Positions 18,034 through 25,660 of a stretch of 25,660 nucleotides of DNA are shown piece after piece. The stretch covers positions 1 through 25,660 of the IMG/VR virus record IMGVR_UViG_3300044453_000224; one strand, given 5' to 3'. Position numbers and translations under genes: made by a program. The notes under the pieces were generated by a model that saw nothing but the letters and a program-made list of their open reading frames with translations, was not told where the DNA came from and did no database searches. The stretch is from a virus. Its lineage: Duplodnaviria; Caudoviricetes. Every line of letters begins with the position of its first letter. The first letter of the stretch is position 1.

Positions 18034-19175
18034 AAATTGAAGTATGCAACCAATGCAGTGACTTTCATTCCTACCGATCTGCTCGGGTGAAATCATTATT
18101 TAATGCTGAATCAGGAGCGAATTTTAATCTCGATGTGGATCTTGATTTGGCACCGGATGAAGATTGGCGTATTGGTGTGGTTGTCGGCCCATCAGGATCG
18201 GGCAAGACATCTATCGGGCGACAGTTCTTTGATAACGAACCGGCTTGGTTTGAGCCAGCTTGGCCAGAAGATGTGCCGATTATTGATGCCATTGATCCAG
18301 ATGGGGATTTCAATGCTGTCACCGCAGCACTCAGTGCTGTCGGTTTGGGAACTGTGCCTGCGTGGCTGCGACCATTTCATGCCTTATCGATGGGTGAACA
18401 ATTCCGCGCAACACTAGCGCGGTTATTACTCGAAGCGCCTACCCAATCTGTCATCGATGAATTTACCTCCGTCGTGGATCGGCAAATTGCGCGAATCGGT
18501 GCGTTGGCCTTTGCTAAAGCTTGGCGACGGCTCAAGCCAGCACGCCAAGTGGTTTTGCTGACTCCGCATTATGATGTCCTGGAGTGGCTGCAACCTGATT
18601 GGGTGTATGATACCGGAAAACACGCCTTTCAACGGGGGTGGCTTCGGCGACCTTCCATCGAACTCGATATTCTCCAGACAGACTGGCGTTATTGGCCGCT
18701 CTTTGAACCGCATCATTATTTGAAAGCACCGCTCATGCCCGCATCGAAATGCTATGTGGGCACGGTCGATGGGGAATTAGTCGCCCACCTTGCGGTCAGT
18801 TGTAAGAACAAAGGTAAGCATGTTGAAGCGCGTGCTTGTCGTTTGGTCGTGATGCCGGAATGGCAGGGTGCAGGCGTTGGTTTACGATTTTTGAATTGGA
18901 TCTGTCAGCATCAGCTTGATGGCGGTGATGGTGCGCGTTTGCCTTATCCCGCGACGACTGTTTTTCATACCAGCCATCCTGGATTATGTGCAGCACTGCG
19001 CCGGATGCCACAGTGGACGCAACTCTCAGCTAAATTACATGGCGGTAAAAAGGGTCCGAAGTCCTGCCAGATGAATCGCCATAAAAAAGTATTTCTTGGC
19101 ACTGGTTACGGCGGTCATTTCCGTGCAGTGCAAGGCTTTCGCTACATTGGCACACAGGAGTCAGCGCATGTATGA
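18030..19175 (+). CDS. Soluble ABC-type ATPase fused to a GNAT acyltransferase
   Basis: Walker A GPSGSGKT, signature LSMGE, Walker B VIDEF, H-loop TPHYD. C-terminal RLVVMPEWQGAGVG is the GNAT CoA-binding motif. No permease nearby. ATGA-coupled to the ParB-like gene. Confidence 0.88.
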   Translation: MKIEVCNQCSDFHSYRSARVKSLFNAESGANFNLDVDLDLAPDEDWRIGVVVGPSGSGKTSIGRQFFDNEPAWFEPAWPEDVPIIDAIDPDGDFNAVTAALSAVGLGTVPAWLRPFHALSMGEQFRATLARLLLEAPTQSVIDEFTSVVDRQIARIGALAFAKAWRRLKPARQVVLLTPHYDVLEWLQPDWVYDTGKHAFQRGWLRRPSIELDILQTDWRYWPLFEPHHYLKAPLMPASKCYVGTVDGELVAHLAVSCKNKGKHVEARACRLVVMPEWQGAGVGLRFLNWICQHQLDGGDGARLPYPATTVFHTSHPGLCAALRRMPQWTQLSAKLHGGKKGPKSCQMNRHKKVFLGTGYGGHFRAVQGFRYIGTQESAHV

Positions 19176-19782
19176 TCCCGACCCCTTACGACTTGGCTTG
19201 GTTGGTTCGCGTTCGTTTGGCCGCGCTGTTCTAGAATTACTTGATCATCGTAGTGGCGTCGTTGTCGAGCAGGTGATTGCCCCGACTGGCGATGCGTTGG
19301 CCCGTGCTGCCGGAGAACGCTATGCAGGCGCTTGGCTGAGCGATGAGGTGATATTTCCCAATTGTGATCTGTATATTGCCGCGCAGTGCCAGACATTTAT
19401 TGCACCCCAGGTACTTGCATCGCCCAAGCTGGGTGTGCTTGCCTGGCATCCAAGTTTACTACCTGTGCATCGTGGCGGCGATGCCGTGCGGTGGACCATT
19501 CGAGATCGTGATCGCATCGCGGGCGGTTCGATTTATTGGATGACGGACCGCGTTGATGCTGGTCCCATCGCTCGTCAGGATTGGTGTTTTGTGCAACCAG
19601 ACGACACCGCCAGTTCGCTATGGCGACGAGAATTGTTCCCGATGGGTTTGCGGTTATTGGATGCGGTTATTGGTGATGTCTTGATGGGCCGTGAACAGCG
19701 CAGGCCACAAGACGAAACAGTGGCCACTTGGGAGCCAGTTTTTAAGCAACCTGATTTACGTACTCAGAAAGGAATATCATGA
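19168..19782 (+). CDS. Stand-alone 10-formyl-THF-dependent formyltransferase core domain
   Basis: ATG 19168 with AGGAG RBS; HPSLLPVHRGG and VDAGPI motifs; lacks the C-terminal tRNA-binding domain of Fmt. Confidence 0.88.
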   Translation: MYDPDPLRLGLVGSRSFGRAVLELLDHRSGVVVEQVIAPTGDALARAAGERYAGAWLSDEVIFPNCDLYIAAQCQTFIAPQVLASPKLGVLAWHPSLLPVHRGGDAVRWTIRDRDRIAGGSIYWMTDRVDAGPIARQDWCFVQPDDTASSLWRRELFPMGLRLLDAVIGDVLMGREQRRPQDETVATWEPVFKQPDLRTQKGIS

Positions 19783-19824
19783 TGGCAGTTGTGTCGATGA
19801 TGCTATGTTTGGTGTGTAGTACCT

Positions 19825-20247
19825 ATGCCGATCTATCATGCGCTTTCTCTCAAACAGCCGTGGGCCAACTTGATCCGCGATGGCCACAAAACCATCGAGA
19901 CCCGCAGTTGGCAAACGAACTATCGTGGCGAATTATTGCTCTGTTCGAGCAAGCAACCTGCTATCGCTCCGGCAGGCATGGCAATTGCACTAGTGACAAT
20001 AGTCAATTGCCGGTTGATGGCTACCGGAGATTGGCACCACGCCTGCATCGATCCGACCGGCCAACGGCTTCGCATGACCACCGCAGCAGCGGCACTACTG
20101 GACATCGAACCGGTCGTGCTCCCACCGCGCGCAAAAACGTTTGGTTGGCATCTAGAACAGATCAGGCCCGTAGAACCCGTACCAGTAACAGGGACGCTCG
20201 GCGTGTTCCAAATCGAACTGCCAGAACTGCGAGTACTCGCTCTCTAA
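19825..20247 (+). CDS. ASCH (PUA-like) domain protein
   Basis: ALSLKQPWANLIRDGHKTIETRSW...YRGELLL and C-terminal PVTGTLGVF are typical of ASCH. Confidence 0.9.
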   Translation: MPIYHALSLKQPWANLIRDGHKTIETRSWQTNYRGELLLCSSKQPAIAPAGMAIALVTIVNCRLMATGDWHHACIDPTGQRLRMTTAAAALLDIEPVVLPPRAKTFGWHLEQIRPVEPVPVTGTLGVFQIELPELRVLAL

Positions 20248-20466
20248 GCAGCGGTTCCACGGTGCAGAGAATATCATCTGCTGATATGGAGAACGAGACG
20301 AACAGAGATTCATCTCGCTCTGGGCAACGAAGCATTATAGGCTGGAGGCAGACTCTGGCAGTGCAGGCAGTTATCACTGTCAACACTACTGCCTTATCAA
20401 CAAAACGAACCCGCCAAGTGCGTCAACACTTAACGGGTTCTAGCCACCGCGAAAAGAGACTTCGCC

Positions 20467-21261
20467 ATGACCTCCGACCAGTCTGGTCCGGTAACACAGC
20501 CGGACAATTCCCAACTTGTATTGGCCCAACAGGCCCATGCGTATCAAGCTCACGGCAGACCGCCAGGACAGGATGGCATGGCCCATCTCAGCGATGCCGC
20601 ACTCGTGACGGCGATAGCTGGACGACGCTCGACCAGCAAGCGTGTGGCCGAAGCCATTGCTGCACCGCCACCGGTACTCGATGCAGCCCATTACAGCAGT
20701 GCCGAACTTGCCCATTGCTATGGGCTGACTCCAAGCGGCACCCGCCGTCTGGTAGCAGCAATGGAACTACATCGTCGCATTCAACAGGCCGAACGACCAC
20801 CACGCAACACGGTGCGCAAGCCAGAAGACGTAGCCGAAATGATGGCACCACTGGCGAACCTCGATCACGAACGCTTGTGGTGTCTGGCACTCGATGTGCG
20901 GTCATCACTGATCGGCGAACCGCTATTGATTTCGGTTGGCGATGTCGATGGCACCGATGCCGGGCCGCGCAGTTTTTTCCGGATGGCATTACGCACGGGA
21001 GCGGTATCAGTCATCGCGGTCCACAATCATCCGAGTGGAGCGGTACAGCCGTCACAAGCCGACCTTGCGGTCACCAAGCGGCTCGTTGCCTCTGGAGCTA
21101 CGCTGGATTTGCCTTGTGTCGATCATGTGTTCATCGCCGCAGGCGACCGCTTTACCAGTATCCGTCGCCAGCGGCAGGATTTGTTTACGGCTTTGACGGC
21201 ACGGGACAGTGTGCATGAAGCCAGACGATCCCGCTACCACTATGACTGGAGAGCCGCATGA
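20467..21261 (+). CDS. radC: RadC-like JAB domain protein
   Basis: DHERLW, HNHPSGAVQPSQAD and CVDHVFI motifs. Start is 20467 or 20578. Confidence 0.88.
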   Translation: MTSDQSGPVTQPDNSQLVLAQQAHAYQAHGRPPGQDGMAHLSDAALVTAIAGRRSTSKRVAEAIAAPPPVLDAAHYSSAELAHCYGLTPSGTRRLVAAMELHRRIQQAERPPRNTVRKPEDVAEMMAPLANLDHERLWCLALDVRSSLIGEPLLISVGDVDGTDAGPRSFFRMALRTGAVSVIAVHNHPSGAVQPSQADLAVTKRLVASGATLDLPCVDHVFIAAGDRFTSIRRQRQDLFTALTARDSVHEARRSRYHYDWRAA

Positions 21262-21406
21262 ATCTCCGTCATCTCAAGCTGCTCTATCAATCCCATCAAC
21301 CACTCTCGCGTTATTGGCCACCGGCTTGTTGCGTGTCCTCGCTCAACAAGCGGGCCAAGCACGGACAGCAAACGACCAAGATCGACCTCCAGACCAGGAG
21401 GACTAA
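21215..21406 (+). CDS. Small hypothetical protein upstream of DUF2924
   Basis: Short ORF with a LALLATGLLR helix ending 3 nt before DUF2924. Start and frame are uncertain; an alternative ORF runs 21258-21413. Confidence 0.35.
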   Translation: MKPDDPATTMTGEPHESPSSQAALSIPSTTLALLATGLLRVLAQQAGQARTANDQDRPPDQED

Positions 21407-21409
21407 GGC

Positions 21410-21943
21410 ATGATTCGCGTTGATGATCCACTCACCTCAGACCAACGTGCTGAACTGTCGGGAGCTATCGCAGCTTTGGACTCCATGACCATTGGCGAAT
21501 TACGTCGTCGCCATCGCACGGTGTTTGGTCAAGCAACCAGTAGCCGTCACCGCTCTTGGTTGGTTCGCCGCATTGCCTGGAAGCTGCAAGAACAAGCCGA
21601 AGGCGGACTATCAAAACGTGCTCAAAACCGTGCTGCTGAACTGGCTCAAGGGTTGCCGTTTCGAGAACGACGCCCGAGCGATCATCACTCGACCGCTCAA
21701 CCCGTCGCAACCAAAGTCGTTGCCCTGCCCGCTACTGCTCATGATCCGCTGGCTCCAGGGACTGTCCTGCGTCGTACGTGGCAAGGCCAAACCATTCAGG
21801 CCACCGTACATCCGCATGGTTTTGAATATGATGGTACCATGTACCGCAGCCTCAGCGCATTGGCTACGAAAGTCACCGGCACCAAATGGAACGGCTACAC
21901 CTTTTTCGGCCTACGCAAACAACGGAAGGGGCAGCAAGCATGA
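21410..21943 (+). CDS. DUF2924 domain protein
   Basis: LVRRIAWKLQEQAEGGLS, PGTVLRRTWQG and YRSLSALATKVTGTKWNGYTFFGL; AGGAGG RBS; coupled to the recombinase. Confidence 0.88.
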   Translation: MIRVDDPLTSDQRAELSGAIAALDSMTIGELRRRHRTVFGQATSSRHRSWLVRRIAWKLQEQAEGGLSKRAQNRAAELAQGLPFRERRPSDHHSTAQPVATKVVALPATAHDPLAPGTVLRRTWQGQTIQATVHPHGFEYDGTMYRSLSALATKVTGTKWNGYTFFGLRKQRKGQQA

Positions 21944-23445
21944 CCACTGCGACAACAACTAAAACCGTTGCCATCTATTGCCGCAAAAGCACTGAGGAAG
22001 GACTCGATCAGGCGTTTAATAGTTTGGATGCCCAACGACAAACCTGTGAACATTTTGTTGCCAGCCAAACCCATGATGGTTGGGAAATCAGTCCAACTCG
22101 TTACGACGATGGTGGCTTCTCTGGTTCCAATACGCAGCGCCCAGCATTGACCCAACTCATCGCCGATATCAATGCCGGTCTCGTTCAGGTGGTTGCTGTC
22201 TATAAGCTAGACCGACTGTCGCGCTCACTGACAGACTTCGTCGACTTATTGCGCGTACTGGATAAGCATAATGTCGCCTTTGTTTCGGTAACGCAGCATT
22301 TTAACACGGCAACGCCCATGGGGCGCTTGATGCTCAATATCCTCATTTGTTTTGCGCAATTTGAGCGTGAAAATATGATTGAGCGCGTGCGCGATAAAGT
22401 AGCCGCCGCGAAGCGCCTCGGTCGTTGGTGTGGTGGCCGACCTGTCTTGGGGTACGACGTTGCGCCTGGTGGCGGCAAACTGTTGGTGAACGACTTTGAG
22501 GCTGAGCGTGTCCAAGCGATCTTTCAATTGTATCTCGATTGCGGGAGTCTCAGCCTGACGGTGCAAGAACTTGCCAAACGTGGTTGGACCACCAAGGCGT
22601 GGACGACAGAGAAAGGTAAATTGGCAGGCGGTAAAGCTTTCGCTAAAAGTACCTTGGCGAAGATGCTCAGCAATATCTTATACACAGGTCGCGTGCGCTA
22701 CCGCGAAGAAATCTATCCAGGCGAACATCCGGCAATCATTGATGAAAAACTTTTTCATCAGGTACAACAGTATCTCGCACAACAAAAACGTACCGGCGGA
22801 CCAACAGCCCGCGTAAAGCATCACGTCTTATTGCGGGGTATTTTACGCTGCGGTCATTGCGACTGTGGCATGACGTACACGTACACGAAACGCAAGAATA
22901 AGCTGTATGGTTATTATACCTGCATTCGCAGTCGTGAACGTGGTGCCCATACATGCCCCATGCCCAGTGTGCCTGCTGGTGAAATTGAAGCACTGGTGGT
23001 GCAAGAAATCAAAGCGATTGCTCAATCGCCTGATCTGATTGATCAGGTGCTCAGCGAAGCAGTACGACAACATCAGGCAACCATCGCTGAATTGGAAACC
23101 CGTTTGGCTGAGGCTGAGGCTCTCGCTGCTCAGGCTACCAAAGTCGCTGAACGTACTCCCGATGACCCGACTCAGGCTGGTTTAGTTCGCCAGGCCGAAG
23201 CCCAACTCACTACGTTGAGGCAGTCGCTTCAGTCTGTCAAAGCCAGTGCACCCAATAAAAAGCTCGCTCACCAAGCACTCAAACGCTTCGATCCGGTGTG
23301 GGCTGAATTGTCACCCAAAGAAAGATGCCAACTGCTGCAAAGTCTGGTCAATCACATCACGCTTGATGGTCATAACGGTACCTTGTCGTTTGCGTTTCAT
23401 TCCGAAGGCATCGCCGCTCTCGCTACGCATGAGGCCACGCCATGA
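21940..23445 (+). CDS. Large serine recombinase (integrase)
   Basis: Catalytic YCRKST, YDDGGFSG, YKLDRLSR and FAQFERE; recombinase domain; zinc ribbon CGHC...C...C; coiled coil. Confidence 0.95.
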   Translation: MTTATTTKTVAIYCRKSTEEGLDQAFNSLDAQRQTCEHFVASQTHDGWEISPTRYDDGGFSGSNTQRPALTQLIADINAGLVQVVAVYKLDRLSRSLTDFVDLLRVLDKHNVAFVSVTQHFNTATPMGRLMLNILICFAQFERENMIERVRDKVAAAKRLGRWCGGRPVLGYDVAPGGGKLLVNDFEAERVQAIFQLYLDCGSLSLTVQELAKRGWTTKAWTTEKGKLAGGKAFAKSTLAKMLSNILYTGRVRYREEIYPGEHPAIIDEKLFHQVQQYLAQQKRTGGPTARVKHHVLLRGILRCGHCDCGMTYTYTKRKNKLYGYYTCIRSRERGAHTCPMPSVPAGEIEALVVQEIKAIAQSPDLIDQVLSEAVRQHQATIAELETRLAEAEALAAQATKVAERTPDDPTQAGLVRQAEAQLTTLRQSLQSVKASAPNKKLAHQALKRFDPVWAELSPKERCQLLQSLVNHITLDGHNGTLSFAFHSEGIAALATHEATP

Positions 23446-23876
23446 GCTTTACGGTCGAACGACGATTCCATTTGAAAACTCGCCCTGGTCGCAGCGGTGG
23501 CTATCGGAATCTCACTCAAGCAGGCAAGGATCCACAACATGAATTACATGAAATTGAAGAAGATCATGATAGCTCTGTTCACCCATTTGCCCGCCGCATG
23601 GCCATGGCTATCGAGTGTAAACGCCTCATCGATGAAGGCATCGTTGAAACCGCTGCCGAACTCTCACGAATTGCTGGCGTCACGCGCGCTCGTATGACCC
23701 AAGTACTCAACCTGACGCTACTCGCTCCAGATATTCAAGAAATGCTATTAGAGCTAAACCCGTCCGACAAAATTGATCGTCATGCCGTGCGTCGGGCAAC
23801 GCAGTGTCTTGTGTGGTCCGAGCAACGGGAGACACTTACTTTGTTAGAGCGTGATTTCTTCGTCGTTTTAAGCTAA
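23442..23876 (+). CDS. Recombinase-associated HTH protein
   Basis: AAELSRIAGVTRARMTQVLNLTLLAPDIQE HTH; ATGA-coupled to the recombinase. Confidence 0.8.
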   Translation: MSFTVERRFHLKTRPGRSGGYRNLTQAGKDPQHELHEIEEDHDSSVHPFARRMAMAIECKRLIDEGIVETAAELSRIAGVTRARMTQVLNLTLLAPDIQEMLLELNPSDKIDRHAVRRATQCLVWSEQRETLTLLERDFFVVLS

Positions 23877-23887
23877 TTTTGCCGAAC

Positions 23888-24691
23888 CTATATATTATTG
23901 TTTTCGATAGATTTTACTGAATCAGTGAGCACATAATGGACAAATTGTCTGCCTAATTCGGTCAATTCATATGGCTCAGTATCATCAAAAGCAGATTTGT
24001 AAGTGCCACCAGACCCTTTTGGTCTACGAGACTGTTTAATGAAATTGCCAGCATAGTCAGTTGGGCGATGTTGCCGAATAACACCGCCCGTACTGAGGTC
24101 TCTCACTAGCAGCTTAAAAAGATCTGCTTCCGCTGAATTTTCAGCCGGTCTTTGACCCGCAGTTGCATTCCAAATTTGCCCGCGAGTGGCTCCAGGGTTA
24201 TTGAAAACATGCCCGATAACATCGAAGTGAAAATCAGAGTAGACATTGATCCATTCGGCGAACAGCATAACTACTCGGTCATCGCATAAATCGGTTCCGG
24301 CAGCATTGACTATGATATTTCGTATCGCTGTAATTCGCGATTCCGACGTAGCTTGATCATAATTTTGAAATGATTTACGAGTTATTTGCAGGAACGATTC
24401 ATCTGAAATCCGCGATTCGACCCTCTCTCCGAGGTCATCTAATCGAGCTGTGATATCAGAAACGAGTCCAGCTAAATCTGCAATCTTTCTTTTATGTTCA
24501 TCGATCCAATCTTTTTGCATTTGGTTGACTTTGCCTTGTTCTGCTTCGGCATCAAAGGCTGCGCAGGCAGCCAAGAATCCCCCAACCCATGGAATAACGC
24601 TGAGCGTAGCGAGAACAAAGCGTGAGTATTTTTTCCTGCCTGACTCTGATTGCATCAATGCGTAGGCATCTTGTTCTGATAGTTGGTTCAT
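23888..24691 (-). CDS. Hypothetical cargo protein (267 aa)
   Basis: Intact ORF, visibly AT-richer than the phage core, convergent with the recombinase operon. Confidence 0.8.
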   Translation of the reverse strand: MNQLSEQDAYALMQSESGRKKYSRFVLATLSVIPWVGGFLAACAAFDAEAEQGKVNQMQKDWIDEHKRKIADLAGLVSDITARLDDLGERVESRISDESFLQITRKSFQNYDQATSESRITAIRNIIVNAAGTDLCDDRVVMLFAEWINVYSDFHFDVIGHVFNNPGATRGQIWNATAGQRPAENSAEADLFKLLVRDLSTGGVIRQHRPTDYAGNFIKQSRRPKGSGGTYKSAFDDTEPYELTELGRQFVHYVLTDSVKSIENNNI

Positions 24692-25035
24692 ATAAGCACG
24701 CGCACAGGAAGAGGTTTCTAATGGAGATCTCGAAGATCGATCGAGATGAGTTTACACTATGACAGAATTTGGTGCGTGTGCCAATACCGAATTATGGTGG
24801 TGTTACCCTGCACTTATGAGCAGTTCTCCGTTCGCATCTCGCTTGGTGCTTTTGCTGGACGCCTGCGTTAAGTAAGCCTCGATTCTCTAGCAGAGAAACA
24901 GAGAATTTTCACTGAGAATGGGTTGTAAGTCGGCTTTGGGAGCATGCGGAACACGAACAGAGAACGGCGAGGTATCTCAAGCACAGCTATAATTGGCGTT
25001 TATTGCGCCTGTTAGTAGAGAGTCCCATGTTAAAC

Positions 25036-25065
25036 AAAAAGCCCAGCCTTTTGAGGCTGGGCTTT
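25036..25065 (-). terminator. Intrinsic terminator after tRNA-Asn
   Basis: Minus strand AAAGCCCAGCCT-CAAA-AGGCTGGGCTTTTT directly after CCA. Confidence 0.85.
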
Positions 25066-25067
25066 AT

Positions 25068-25142
25068 TGGCTCCCCGGGCTGGATTCGAACCAGCGACCA
25101 ATTGATTAACAGTCAACTGCTCTACCGCTGAGCTACCGAGGA
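25068..25142 (-). tRNA. tRNA-Asn (GTT)
   Basis: TCCTCGG TAGCTCAGCGGTAGAGC AGTTGA CTGTTAA TCAAT TGGTC GCTGG TTCGAAT CCAGC CCGGGGA G CCA: complete cloverleaf with GTT anticodon and encoded CCA. Confidence 0.97.
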
Positions 25143-25267
25143 ATGTTCTGCGACCACTGGTTGCAGGCGCGGAAAGTTAAAAACGGCTTTGAATATGCAA
25201 GTTCGCATGCTGGGCTGCAACTATTGGTGTGTAATGTGATTCGGGCATGTTTTCTGTATCCGTCGCT

Positions 25268-25660
25268 GTAAGCCGGTTTGATCATCGCGATCCATAAGCC
25301 GATACTGCTCGGCATGGAACACATCGAGAACACAACGTCACCTCAATCACCGCGCCTGACGCGATCGCGTGCGATTGCCTTATTGGCCGAGCAATCTGAG
25401 AGCGGTCTGTCGACCGCAGCTTTCGCGGCACAACACGGCCTGCGACCGCAGTTACTCTATCGTTGGCGGAATCGGCTGCGAGCAGTTGATCGTGAAGATC
25501 GAACGAGTCCATCATTGATCAATGTCACGGCATGCGTGGCTTGCGATGTCTCGTCACCGTCGGCGGCGGTGCTGACGTTTGCCAATGGCATGCGGCTTGA
25601 AGGCGTTGAGCGTTTGTCGCCAGAGCAGTTGCGGGTGCTGTGTGCGGTATGTTAAATTTT
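25268..25660 (+). mobile_element. IS66 family element, left end (truncated)
   Basis: Starts GTAAGCC (IS66 ends begin GTAA), followed by tnpA and an overlapping ATG at 25649 (MLNF...), the likely tnpB start. Confidence 0.75.
25314..25655 (+). CDS. tnpA: IS66 accessory protein TnpA
   Basis: SESGLSTAAFAAQHGLRPQLLYRWRNRL HTH and C-terminal LTFANGMRL. Confidence 0.82.
   Translation: MEHIENTTSPQSPRLTRSRAIALLAEQSESGLSTAAFAAQHGLRPQLLYRWRNRLRAVDREDRTSPSLINVTACVACDVSSPSAAVLTFANGMRLEGVERLSPEQLRVLCAVC

Larger units (their letters stand above)
1..25067. mobile_element. Prophage, lambda-like packaging module with serine recombinase; left part lies outside the window
   Basis: Contiguous portal, terminase, primase, recombination, sigma and recombinase genes ending next to the 3' end of tRNA-Asn. 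The right boundary is inferred; the matching att site is not in the window. Confidence 0.9.

Noticed and set aside
18030-19175. ABC transporter ATP-binding subunit
   Set aside because: No permease or binding-protein gene nearby, and it carries a GNAT fusion.
19168-19782. Housekeeping methionyl-tRNA formyltransferase (fmt)
   Set aside because: About 204 aa, no tRNA-binding domain, motif Asn absent, prophage context.
19779-21218. 479-aa plus-strand ORF with AGGA RBS and ATGA overlap with the formyltransferase stop
   Set aside because: It overlaps ASCH and radC out of frame and is Arg/Thr/Ser-rich with no motifs, so it looks like a shadow ORF. The good start context is unexplained and may be a relic; ribosome profiling would decide.
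24866-24876. CGTTAAGTAAG resembling the downstream promoter box
   Set aside because: It differs from the consensus and has no correctly spaced GGGAAA.

Overview
Right-hand part (about 25 kb) of a lambda-like, probably cos-packaging prophage that ends just downstream of a tRNA-Asn(GTT) gene; the left end of an IS66 element follows it. Minus strand, in transcription order: two unknown genes, a phage sigma factor, a recombination/replication operon (RecE-like exonuclease, Sak4-like ATPase, DUF669 SSB-like protein, ERCC4 nuclease, RecD2 helicase with a 1-bp frameshift, P4-type primase-helicase), CTAGGACA repeats, a cos-like site, small and large terminase, a gpW-position gene and a truncated portal. 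Plus strand: an ECF sigma / small acidic protein / IrrE-ImmA peptidase triad, then a ParB-like / ABC-ATPase-GNAT / formyltransferase / ASCH operon, then radC, DUF2924, a large serine recombinase and an HTH protein. Three observations stand out. (1) The four-gene operon looks like a base-acylation (possibly formylation) system for phage DNA. (2) A motif GGGAAA-N13-TGACGTAAGTAA occurs three times, before the replication, head and modification operons. (3) The peptidase is paired with a sigma factor rather than an XRE repressor. All family assignments come from motif recognition by eye; no database searches were run. The gene content resembles Planctomycetota prophages as I recall them (unverified).
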